Shown here: one piece after another, positions 50,008 through 62,271 of the stretch | Numbering within the stretch: position 1 is the stretch's first letter | Layout: each line of letters opens with the position of its first letter | Assembly: GCF_006345805.1 (NCBI RefSeq) | Contig: NC_042997.1 | Location: 82,832,001 to 82,896,000 of the forward strand | Length of the DNA stretch: 64,000 bases | Source of the DNA: Octopus sinensis | Lineage: Eukaryota | Direction of reading: 5' to 3' | The notes under the pieces: generated by a model | Told to the model about the DNA's origin: nothing | Seen by the model: only the letters and a program-made list of their open reading frames with translations | Database searches by the model: none | Position numbers and translations under genes: made by a program

Positions 50008-50595
50008 ATAATAAATCTCTGAGCGAGGTATAAACTGTAGCTTAACGACATCGTGAAGTATATTTAACACTTAAATGTGGCTAACCCTTAAGGGTTGATG
50101 CTACTGTAGCTTGTAGCTCCAGGAAGACATCTCCTTCAGCTGGTTATTAACACACTATCTGTACCCTATCAGTATTTGCAAAGGGAAGTCATCGTTCCCA
50201 TCTCCAGCCTGACGTAATACACACGGACCCGAGTTTCTGGGTATTGACCCGTCATCAGCGTGTTACAACCACCGGTTGGCGAGGGGAAATGATTCTCAAT
50301 GTAAATATATATATACTTTTCCAGTGACGAAAAGTCACTGATCTCGAAAAAGTGGAAACAAGCAATAATAAATCTCCGAGCGAGGTATAAACAGTAGCTG
50401 CACGACATTGTGAAGTATATTTGCCACCTAAATGTGGCTCACGCCAGGCTGGAGATGGGAACGATGACTTCCCTTTGCAAATACTGATAGGACACAGATA
50501 GCCACCTGGAGGAGATGTCTTCCTGGGGCTACAAGCTACAGTAGCATCAACCCTTAGGGGTTAGCCACATTTAGGTGGCAAATATACTTCACGAT
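50008..50595. mobile_element. PLE-pLTR/retrozyme-like insertion: 357-bp partial tandem plus inverted arm, in (TA)n
   Basis: Direct repeat ataaatctc.gagcgaggtataaac...aaatgtggct at 50011 and 50368; inverted arm 50445-50595; hammerhead inside. Confidence 0.75.
50221..50263 (-). ncRNA. Minimal type I hammerhead ribozyme
   Basis: acacg-CUGAUGA-c-gggu(caau)accc-a-GAAAc(ucgg)GUC-cgugu: perfect 5-bp stem I and GUC triplet; the 10.1/11.1 pair is a C-A mismatch. Confidence 0.75.
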
Positions 50596-51905
50596 TATAT
50601 ATATATACTAGCAAACGTACCCGTACTTTGGACGGTTTAAGTTCCTCTTATTAGTATTTTTTTGACCAAATAATTGAACTACCGAGAAGGTTTATGTGTA
50701 GCATGACAATCTGTTTCCGATTAACCTAGGAACGGAAAATCAAATTTAAGGCTGGTTATTGTGGAGGTCGTTGCAGTTTGATTATCATAGAACATATAAG
50801 TTTGCAAGCGATGTAAAGTAGAGCTACGGAAGTGTTTTGGGAGTAGATTACGGATAATGACTACAAAATATAGTTGATTTACATGAAAGCGAAATTTCTT
50901 GTCAGAAACAGCCACATAAATGGTGTAAGGAAATTGAAGGAAAATGTTGAAACTTCCCCTCTGCGAGTTTATTTTTTTTCAACAGCAAAAGGGAGCTATT
51001 TTTTTCGGAGAGAAAAGCTAACAAAAGCCCCTTTATTCTATCTTCCCACATAGCGTGCACATAAACTAACAGCGAATGCTGCATAAAGTTAAATTGGTAT
51101 GGAGCTTCCTGAAAGATACGTATAGCTTTCGCTAGTGGAAGCAAAACTCTTATTTAAAGGTTGATTCTTTGGGACGAATCATATGTAAGTGTTTAAAAAA
51201 GGCTAGAATGACAATACTACAATACTAAAACGTATTTGAAACAATGGACAGCAGTCGAAATATCATAAAGCATCGTAAAGTGAAACAACGGTATCAAAGG
51301 TAAAAAAAACAGGTATCAACAATCAGAAGAGAGGGAAGGGGACATCACCTTTCAAGTAACTCAGAATAGGTAAAAATAAGCTTGCCAAAGTTTAATGCAG
51401 TTTCAATATGTAGATTAAGATAGTTTGGTATTGGATATTCATCACGTATAGTTTTCCTAGTCAACTGAATCACCGCCGTAAGTGGACAGCAGAAATAAAT
51501 AGATGAAATCCTTTTACTTTTAAAAAAAGATTAAAAAGAAAATGAGGGCAAAAAGCACTCGTTTTTTCACTATGAAAAATCGTTTCCTAGTAGCCGGAAT
51601 TTAGCGACAAAATGTATGTTTATTAAGCACAACAGCCTGCAGTGCATGCTGCTGGGCATTAAAAGGCAATCGTACAAACTTAGAGGGGCTCTGGGCCCCC
51701 TTGAATCGATAAAAAATCACTCTTTTTGCCATAGCAACCACATCTTTATAGCTTGAGAATTTTAACCATCGCGGGTCTCATCCTCACCACGCAATTTTCA
51801 GCTCGATCCTAGCCTCGGTTTGACTGCCATTAACCGTCAAAGCAAACTGTGCATACAATTTTCGTCCAAGGACTGTTTTTATAGATATAGATAAATATAT
51901 GTACA

Positions 51906-51954
<49 letters not shown>

Positions 51955-52409
51955 TATATATATACACACACACATACATGCACGCACACACGGGTTGTAG
52001 AGAAAGCAAAGGAAAATGGTCCATAACTTTTATTAACCAACATCAGTCGTTTACATTGCATATGTTGGTAGAGTATCACTTCCTCTATAGTAATTCTTCT
52101 TTCTGTTCTTCATTGCAGGGAATAGGATTATTGTATACAAAGTTTAAAGAAGGGAAAAACAAACTGCGTTGTGGGAGATGATAAGCACCAAACACTGACA
52201 CGAATCGCTAATGAGTCAAATAAGTCGTAATAAATGAGTCTCACGGTCAAATAAGTCGTAATAAATGAGTTTACTTCACAACTGGCTTGTGGTTACAATA
52301 CATTTAGAAGCTGGAGACAAGGGATGAAACGTGAGCGTATCTTTATGGTGCGGAAACAAGGTTTGTCTATCATCTCGAAGGCCTAATAAGTTCTAAGAAG
52401 TTCAAGTAA

Positions 52410-52817
52410 GAGCGGCTGTGTGGTAAGTTGCTTGCTAACGAACCACATGGTTCCGTGTTCAGTCCCACTGCGTGGCATTTTGGGCAATTGTCTTCTACTA
52501 TAGCCCCGAGTCGACCAAAGCCTTGTGAGTGTATTTGGTAGACGGAAAGTGAAAGCAGTCCGTCGTATATATGTATATATATAAATATATATATATATGT
52601 ATGTGTGTGTATATGTTTGTGTGTCTGTGTTTGTCTCCCCAACATCGCTTGACAACCGATGCTGGTGAGTTTACGTCCCTGTAACTTAGCGGTTCGGCAA
52701 AAGAGACCGATAGAATAAGTACTAGGCTTACAAAGAATAAGTCCTGGGGTCGATTTGGTCGACGAAAGGCGGTGCTCCAGCATGGTCACAGTAAAATGAC
52801 TGAAACAAGTAAAAGAG
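52410..52817 (+). mobile_element. SINE family B copy
   Basis: Same body and central microsatellite as 36289 and 25951. Confidence 0.8.
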
Positions 52818-54047
52818 TATCTGAAAATGATTCACATTCACTATAACAATCCACCACTACACAAAATCCTTATTTACCAGCAACGGAGACTTCGCGAACA
52901 TGCATCATTTTCATGAACAGAAACATCAAAAAAATCTTCCTGTAGGGACATGAAAGCATTTGTTCATCAACTACAATCATTACCCATATCAAAAAAACAG
53001 TCTTATGCAATACACTTCAGTTAAAGTCCTCAGAGTTGTTACAGATGCCAGATTTCACAATCTCTGACGACCTCTCATGTTGATGTCATATATATGACAT
53101 TTACATCTTACTAAGACGATGATACTATCGGCGCAAACATTCTTGACTGTACCTTAAAGACTATCATTTAGTTTATCAGTGAAGACGCTTTCGCCAAAAT
53201 GCTACAACAAAGATTCGTCTGTTTTGCCTTTTCTACCGTTATTACTTCGGCATCTCGTATTACGAATTAGCAATCAGTGTAGCAGTTCCATTCAAACTCA
53301 GCCAATGGGCCAGAATCTCATCCACACATTTTACCTAGCTTGCTCTAAGCATCTTGATTTATTAATCCTTCTTGATGCCGAAATCTGCAGAAATTCTTGC
53401 ATGTTTACGTTTTCTCATTGATGTTCATATACATAGACAAATGCAAGTATATGAAATACTATATGACATAAATTCTTGATTTATTAAAACTATTACCGCC
53501 TCTTAGGGATGTACTATAATTACAAAGTGGCAATTATGACCAGCTCCCTCTCAGAAGGGGAGAATTTAATAACGTTGATATGCTATTAAGGAAATGGACG
53601 AGATCATTACTTAGAGACAAGAGGACAGTCGTAGACATGTGTTTCTGACTCAATAACCGCTACGCATCGATCTCACAGACCTGGAAGGAACTACAGAAAC
53701 GATGGTCGCTCCACTCCTTATTCTTTCACTATCTAAAAAGGAAATTACTGATACCTATCATATCAATTCATAGTGGGGTAACTATCGAAATGGTCTGGAC
53801 TTCGGTGAATTTTCAACTAAGAAAGTGAACGGACCAAACTGAAAACGGGAAAGTCATGTAATAACGTCGCTCTACTGTTTCAATTAATTCATCAAATCAT
53901 AACAATAACAACAATTACAAACCAGCAAGAACAGTAACTATAACAACAGCAACAACAACAACAGCGAACACATCAACAACAAAAACTGCTACCGCTGCCA
54001 CAGCCGCTGTCATGCCGCTGCCGCCGTCACCCCCACTACTACTACTA

Positions 54048-54094
<47 letters not shown>

Positions 54095-54916
54095 TAGAAA
54101 CTGGGTTCAAGTGAATATAATTGGATTGCAACCAGAGAAGTTTGAGAATCCAAAACATGGGAAATGAATTATCCTCCGGAAGATTAAAAGCTGAAATGTC
54201 CACAAACAATTGAATGTTAACGTTTTTGTTTCTATTATTTAGATCGATCAGTGAGACGGCGTGCCAGCCATTTACAGACAATATATCACTTTAAAATAAC
54301 CTCTAGCATTAGGTGCTTTGATCCGGAATGTTACAAGCTATACGAATAGAAGAGGTGTAATCTACCAATTTTCTTTCCTTCTGAGTGAATGAATATATCC
54401 CTCCATCATTGAAGGATGGATTGATTTGGTATGTAAAGTTTGGAAAAATATTAATGGCCACCAGAAATTTTCTCCTTTTCTGCATTATATCGATTGCAAA
54501 ACGGTTATAGAGGAATTTTACGGCTTCTTGTCATGTGAGAATCCTCACATATACAAGAGAAAAGAATACAAATAAAGGATTGAGATCTAAAATGGAATTT
54601 TGTTATATGTTGGTTACAAAATGTTGTTTAAACAATAATTGAAAAATCTCTTGCAATCGTTAGGATAAAAATAAATATGTGGAAAGGAAAACTATTTAGT
54701 GAAGAAATATTTACCAATTTGTAGTAACAACAGTTTTGTGCAAATAAATTTATCCTGTTATTTTATTTTGTGTTTGGTCTGGACAAGTTTAGAAATGATA
54801 GAGTTTAACTAGTAAACCGAGTAAAAATAAAATCAGAAAAATTATGTAAATTGTTCAAAGCGTATTTGCTTCAACAGTACGTTTAACCATTTGCATATAT
54901 ATAACCAAAGGCATAT

Positions 54917-54986
<70 letters not shown>

Positions 54987-55141
54987 TACACACACACAAT
55001 CAATGGAATTCTGCACAGCTTTTGTCTACTAAATTTCACTCACTTAACTTTACTTGACTAGAGAGTAAGGCTGGAGACATTTGCCTAAAGTGCCACACGA
55101 TGTAATCAAAGATGGAACCATCTTATGAACAGTGCATCAAT

Positions 55142-55461
55142 AGACAGCGTCGAGAGGTTTAGCGTTGACAAAGGCAATCGGTAAAAAAAAAGTATACATC
55201 TATTGTAAATTCCTTACTTGGAGCTTTCAGAATTATATGTTCATGCTAACTACAATGCATTTCGCAGTTAGGAATATGTATAAAATCTTCTGGAAATAAC
55301 AAAGGTGAAATGCCAAATTTATATTTATTTATTGGTATTAGGTTCTGTATTGTTAGCATGAACATATAATTCTGAAAGCTCTAAGTAAGAAATTTACAAT
55401 AGATGTATACTTTTTTTTTTACCGATTGCCTTTGTCAACGCTAAACCTCTCGACGCTGTCT
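55142..55461. mobile_element. MITE-like foldback (~115-bp arms)
   Basis: 55142-55255 is the reverse complement of 55341-55461; no clear TSD. Confidence 0.7.
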
Positions 55462-56490
55462 TCCGGGAATGAACGAGTATGTGCACTTTCAAATCAATTT
55501 GTGTTCCACAGTTTCTTACACATATAGGGCACACATTATAATGGTGGTAATGGTCAGTGATTACGGTTAGTTTTTGGCAGCACGCATACGCTTTCAGCTG
55601 TTCGTTTCTAGTTGTCAATGTACTGGTAAGGTCTGCGGCCTCTTGTACCATTTCATCCTTTATGTCGTTTACAACTCGGAATTAAAGATTTCTTTAGCCA
55701 CTTGGCATATACTGTCAACTACAGAATATCTTCTCTATTTAAAGCTTTTATCATCTCAGGCGAATTTTATCCCCGGTGGCATTGGTAAATTTGAGTACGT
55801 TAATCGCCTGTATGACTTTAGTCTTTGTGAGATTAGTATTCACCTCTAGATGCATCTCGTGTCCACCAGAAGATTTTATCATGACTAGCTTTAGGAGATC
55901 AGAGAAGTATTCTCTCCAACTCTCAAAAATGCTCTTTTCTATATAGAGAAGGACCTCAACCAAATTTTTAAAGACAGGCTGGGAAAAGGTTACTTGTTAA
56001 GATGTCGGTGAATGGTAAGCTTCTTTGATTCTGTGTTGGACGTTCGTGTAAAGAGAGAGGTGGATCTACCTACTGATTGACAACTATTTGTTTACAACTT
56101 GAGACTATGTCCAGCAAGGAAAACCCACAAAGGCGGGCAGTCTAGTATGACTTACAGGATAAAGTGGAAAACCCAGGCGGATGATAAAGTCAGAAACAAA
56201 TATGCGGACTATTGCATCCAAATCCAGAAACCTTTCTGAACAGAATGAGGATGTCGAAAGGGAGTGGAGATTGCTTTGTTTGGCAGTTTCTTGTTCGGCT
56301 GTAAAATGCTGTTGAGAAAGCGGCTTGGTGAGGTGCCAAGTGGAAAAATAATGCCCTGGTTTAACTAGGAAGTTAAAATTTCCATTTAAGCAAAAGAAAA
56401 AAAAAAGGAGGCTTGCAAAGCTTTCCCTGAATGCAAGTCTCCTCTTTTGCGCAGGTGTTACATTGAAGCGCGCGACAGTGGGAGGAATTT
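55462..56490. mobile_element. RTE-type LINE fragments in opposite orientations
   Basis: - strand ESWREYFSDLL...EVIQAI...ATG (55751-55975); + strand DVEREW...QWEEFG linker (56030-56490). Confidence 0.55.
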
Positions 56491-57680
56491 GGGATCAACA
56501 CACATACAGAAACAAATATTAATATTTGTCGAACATTTAAAAAATATTTTTTCGTATTTTCTCCTATACTTGTTGTCATTATATCTAGTGAGATCGTAAA
56601 TACTTAGTTTGGAGTACTTCTTCGAGGTGCTTGAATAACAATATGTCTTTGGAGAACATTTGTGGTTGAATTCTCAGCACCTACGTATTAATCTACATAT
56701 GTGTGATTATTGATTTACATGTAGCTAGATACATACATACAAGCATGCATACATACATGACTATATACACATTTACACATTTACATACACATTTACATAT
56801 GTTGTTGTTTAAGACCACAAAATAAAGACACATGTAGAAATAAGCTTCCCACTTGACGTTAAACGTGAGGAAAATTAATAAATTACAGGAGAAATAAGAT
56901 TAATGACTCACGAGTGAAAGAAGAAATATATGGACTATTAATTAAGAGTCTGGAGATAGAATGTAGGCCCATAATCTTCCCTCTATAGATGATCACTATA
57001 GTTAGGATAATATAAATTACAAGCCCTTCATAAGGTTTTAAGGGTAAATAGTTGCGTAAAGAATGAAAACAATGAGAAGCTTTTTTCTCATACGTACATA
57101 CATACATGTACACATACATACGTACATATATACGTACATGCATACATATATGCATACATACATCACGTACATATATACATTCATGTATATACATACATGC
57201 ATACAGACATGTACATACTTACGTGTATACATACGTGTCCATACATTCATACATACATGCATACCTACCTACATACATATATACATACATCACTTTCTGT
57301 GTGCATACATTCATACATACATACATGCATGCATACATGTACATACAAACACACACACTCACTCATATGTATAAACCTATCTATTTACGTGCGTGAGCAA
57401 GCGTGTGTGTGCGTAGGTGTATCTTTCCTTTATAGTCTTGCTATGGAGCAGGTGAAGAGACAAATTAAACTTTAAAAGAATATATATATATATATATACT
57501 AAGCAATAAGGGTTTAGCAACGAGTTGCCTTACCACATACCGAATTTAGAAATAGCAGTCAAAGGGTTATAGCTATTTCTTCTACTAAAAAGGGAGATCT
57601 CAGTAAAAACAGCATTTGGAAGGCACAAACAGGTAAGAGAGAATGAATTGACTGCAATCTATCATACATTTTTTTAGTTA

Positions 57681-57794
57681 TCCACGGACGTACGTTTCGA
57701 AATCAAGTTTTAAGGAAAGCATACGAATTAAATATTAAATATTAAATAATAAATAATTCTATCTTACCGAAACTTCTTTTCTCTTCAGCGTAGA
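57681..57794 (-). ncRNA. Type I hammerhead ribozyme, copy 1
   Basis: ucuacg-CUGAAGA-G...C-GAAAcguacGUC-cgugga on - strand. Confidence 0.8.
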
Positions 57795-58283
57795 ATACTA
57801 TAATCATAAATGATTATATATTGAATTTTGAGATACCAGAAGGCACCAACTCCACTCAGTATCAGAGCGAGCTAGAACCCGCAACTGGTATCACCGAATT
57901 CAATTTGTGAATGAAACGATTGTGTCAACAGCCCCTTCCCACCCGCGTGTAGCCAAAACAAGATGCTGTGGTCATCTACTGAGATAAAATATGGTTATCC
58001 GTAATAATGAAGGGTGAAATTAATTAATTTGGAAAAATTATCAATTACACCAAGTAGTCTTCGGCATGTAAAAGCCTCATTCGAGGAAAATTTAAGTAAT
58101 ACTAAGCAATAAGGGTTTAGCAACGAGTTGCCTTACCACATACCGAATTTAGAAATAGCAGTCAAAGGGTTATAGCTATTTCTTCTACTAAAAAGGGAGA
58201 TCTCAGTAAAAACAGCATTTGGAAGGCACAAACAGGTAAGAGAGAATGAATTGACTGCAATCTATCATACATTTTTTTAGTTA

Positions 58284-58397
58284 TCCACGGACGTACGTTT
58301 CGAAATCAAGTTTTAAGGAAAGCATACGAATTAAATATTAAATATTAAATAATAAATAATTCTATCTTACCGAAACTTCTTTTCTCTTCAGCGTAGA
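58284..58397 (-). ncRNA. Type I hammerhead ribozyme, copy 2
   Basis: Same motif, +603. Confidence 0.8.
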
Positions 58398-58886
58398 ATA
58401 CTATAATCATAAATGATTATATATTGAATTTTGAGATACCAGAAGGCACCAACTCCACTCAGTATCAGAGCGAGCTAGAACCCGCAACTGGTATCACCGA
58501 ATTCAATTTGTGAATGAAACGATTGTGTCAACAGCCCCTTCCCACCCGCGTGTAGCCAAAACAAGATGCTGTGGTCATCTACTGAGATAAAATATGGTTA
58601 TCCGTAATAATGAAGGGTGAAATTAATTAATTTGGAAAAATTATCAATTACACCAAGTAGTCTTCGGCATGTAAAAGCCTCATTCGAGGAAAATTTAAGT
58701 AATACTAAGCAATAAGGGTTTAGCAACGAGTTGCCTTACCACATACCGAATTTAGAAATAGCAGTCAAAGGGTTATAGCTATTTCTTCTACTAAAAAGGG
58801 AGATCTCAGTAAAAACAGCATTTGGAAGGCACAAACAGGTAAGAGAGAATGAATTGACTGCAATCTATCATACATTTTTTTAGTTA

Positions 58887-59000
58887 TCCACGGACGTACG
58901 TTTCGAAATCAAGTTTTAAGGAAAGCATACGAATTAAATATTAAATATTAAATAATAAATAATTCTATCTTACCGAAACTTCTTTTCTCTTCAGCGTAGA
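58887..59000 (-). ncRNA. Type I hammerhead ribozyme, copy 3
   Basis: Same motif, +1206. Confidence 0.8.
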
Positions 59001-59489
59001 ATACTATAATCATAAATGATTATATATTGAATTTTGAGATACCAGAAGGCACCAACTCCACTCAGTATCAGAGCGAGCTAGAACCCGCAACTGGTATCAC
59101 CGAATTCAATTTGTGAATGAAACGATTGTGTCAACAGCCCCTTCCCACCCGCGTGTAGCCAAAACAAGATGCTGTGGTCATCTACTGAGATAAAATATGG
59201 TTATCCGTAATAATGAAGGGTGAAATTAATTAATTTGGAAAAATTATCAATTACACCAAGTAGTCTTCGGCATGTAAAAGCCTCATTCGAGGAAAATTTA
59301 AGTAATACTAAGCAATAAGGGTTTAGCAACGAGTTGCCTTACCACATACCGAATTTAGAAATAGCAGTCAAAGGGTTATAGCTATTTCTTCTACTAAAAA
59401 GGGAGATCTCAGTAAAAACAGCATTTGGAAGGCACAAACAGGTAAGAGAGAATGAATTGACTGCAATCTATCATACATTTTTTTAGTTA

Positions 59490-59602
59490 TCCACGGACGT
59501 ACGTTTCGAAATCAAGTTTTAAGGAAAGCATACGAATTAAATATAAATATTAAATAATAAATAATTCTATCTTACCGAAACTTCTTTTCTCTTCAGCGTA
59601 GA
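59490..59602 (-). ncRNA. Type I hammerhead ribozyme, copy 4
   Basis: Same motif, 1-nt deletion in loop II. Confidence 0.8.
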
Positions 59603-59745
59603 ATACTATAATCATAAATGATTATATATTGAATTTTGAGATACCAGAAGGCACCAACTCCACTCCACTCCACTCTGATACTGAGTGGAGTTGGTGCCTT
59701 CTGGTATCTCAAAATTCAATATATAATCATTTATGATTATAGTAT

Positions 59746-59859
59746 TCTACGCTGAAGAGAAAAGAAGGTTCGGTAAGATAGAATTATTTATTATTTAATA
59801 TTTAATATTTAATTCGTATGCTTTCCTTAAAACTTGATTTCGAAACGTACGTCCGTGGA
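59746..59859 (+). ncRNA. Type I hammerhead ribozyme, copy 5
   Basis: CTGAAGA 59752-59758, GAAA 59842-59845, GTC 59851-59853. Confidence 0.8.
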
Positions 59860-60348
59860 TAACTAAAAAAATGTATGATAGATTGCAGTCAATTCATTCT
59901 CTCTTACCTGTTTGTGCCTTCCAAATGCTGTTTTTACTGAGATCTCCCTTTTTAGTAGAAGAAATAGCTATAACCCTTTGACTGCTATTTCTAAATTCGG
60001 TATGTGGTAAGGCAACTCGTTGCTAAACCCTTATTGCTTAGTATTACTTAAATTTTCCTCGAATGAGGCTTTTACATGCCGAAGACTACTTGGTGTAATT
60101 GATAATTTTTCCAAATTAATTAATTTCACCCTTCATTATTACGGATAACCATATTTTATCTCAGTAGATGACCACAGCATCTTGTTTTGGCTACACGCGG
60201 GTGGGAAGGGGCTGTTGACACAATCGTTTCATTCACAAATTGAATTCGGTGATACCAGTTGCGGGTTCTAGCTCGCTCTGATACTGAGTGGAGTTGGTGC
60301 CTTCTGGTATCTCAAAATTCAATATATAATCATTTATGATTATAGTAT

Positions 60349-60462
60349 TCTACGCTGAAGAGAAAAGAAGTTTCGGTAAGATAGAATTATTTATTATTTA
60401 ATATTTAATATTTAATTCGTATGCTTTCCTTAAAACTTGATTTCGAAACGTACGTCCGTGGA
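60349..60462 (+). ncRNA. Type I hammerhead ribozyme, copy 6
   Basis: CTGAAGA 60355-60361, GTC 60454-60456. Confidence 0.8.
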
Positions 60463-60951
60463 TAACTAAAAAAATGTATGATAGATTGCAGTCAATTCAT
60501 TCTCTCTTACCTGTTTGTGCCTTCCAAATGCTGTTTTTACTGAGATCTCCCTTTTTAGTAGAAGAAATAGCTATAACCCTTTGACTGCTATTTCTAAATT
60601 CGGTATGTGGTAAGGCAACTCGTTGCTAAACCCTTATTGCTTAGTATTACTTAAATTTTCCTCGAATGAGGCTTTTACATGCCGAAGACTACTTGGTGTA
60701 ATTGATAATTTTTCCAAATTAATTAATTTCACCCTTCATTATTACGGATAACCATATTTTATCTCAGTAGATGACCACAGCATCTTGTTTTGGCTACACG
60801 CGGGTGGGAAGGGGCTGTTGACACAATCGTTTCATTCACAAATTGAATTCGGTGATACCAGTTGCGGGTTCTAGCTCGCTCTGATACTGAGTGGAGTTGG
60901 TGCCTTCTGGTATCTCAAAATTCAATATATAATCATTTATGATTATAGTAT

Positions 60952-61065
60952 TCTACGCTGAAGAGAAAAGAAGTTTCGGTAAGATAGAATTATTTATTAT
61001 TTAATATTTAATATTTAATTCGTATGCTTTCCTTAAAACTTGATTTCGAAACGTACGTCCGTGGA
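60952..61065 (+). ncRNA. Type I hammerhead ribozyme, copy 7
   Basis: GTC 61057-61059. Confidence 0.8.
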
Positions 61066-61558
61066 TAACTAAAAAAATGTATGATAGATTGCAGTCAATT
61101 CATTCTCTCTTACCTGTTTGTGCCTTCCAAATGCTGTTTTTACTGAGATCTCCCTTTTTAGTAGAAGAAATAGCTATAACCCTTTGACTGCTATTTCTAA
61201 ATTCGGTATGTGGTAAGGCAACTCGTTGCTAAACCCTTATTGCTTAGTTAGTATTACTTAAATTTTCCTCGAATGAGGCTTTTACATGCCGAAGACTACT
61301 TGGTGTAATTGATAATTTTTCCAAATTAATTAATTTCACCCTTCATTATTACGGATAACCATATTTTATCTCAGTAGATGACCACAGCATCTTGTTTTGG
61401 CTACACGCGGGTGGGAAGGGGCTGTTGACACAATCGTTTCATTCACAAATTGAATTCGGTGATACCAGTTGCGGGTTCTAGCTCGCTCTGATACTGAGTG
61501 GAGTTGGTGCCTTCTGGTATCTCAAAATTCAATATATAATCATTTATGATTATAGTAT

Positions 61559-61670
61559 TCTACGCTGAAGAGAAAAGAAGTTTCGGTAAGATAGAATTAT
61601 TATTATTAATATTTAATATTTAATTCGTATGCTTTCCTTAAAACTTGATTTCGAAACGTACGTCCGTGGA
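61559..61670 (+). ncRNA. Type I hammerhead ribozyme, copy 8
   Basis: GTC 61662-61664. Confidence 0.8.
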
Positions 61671-62157
61671 TAACTAAAAAAATGTATGATAGATTGCAGT
61701 CAATTCATTCTCTCTTACCTGTTTGTGCCTTCCAATGCTGTTTTTACTGAGATCTCCCTTTTTAGTAGAAGAAATAGCTATAACCCTTTGACTGCTATTT
61801 CTAATTCGGTATGTGGTAAGGCAACTCGTTGCTAAACCCTTATTGCTTAGTATTACTTAAATTTTCCTCGAATGAGGCTTTTACATGCCGAAGACTACTT
61901 GGTGTAATTGATAATTTTTCCAAATTAATTAATTTCACCCTTCATTATTACGGATAACCATATTTTATCTCAGTAGATGACCACAGCATCTTGTTTTGGC
62001 TACACGCGGGTGGGAAGGGGCTGTTGACACAATCGTTTCATTCACAAATTGAATTCGGTGATACCAGTTGCGGGTTCTAGCTCGCTCTGATACTGAGTGG
62101 AGTTGGTGCCTTCTGGTATCTCAAAATTCAATATATAATCATTTATGATTATAGTAT

Positions 62158-62271
62158 TCTACGCTGAAGAGAAAAGAAGTTTCGGTAAGATAGAATTATT
62201 TATTATTTAATATTTAATATTTAATTCGTATGCTTTCCTTAAAACTTGATTTCGAAACGTACGTCCGTGGA
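62158..62271 (+). ncRNA. Type I hammerhead ribozyme, copy 9
   Basis: GTC 62263-62265. Confidence 0.8.
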
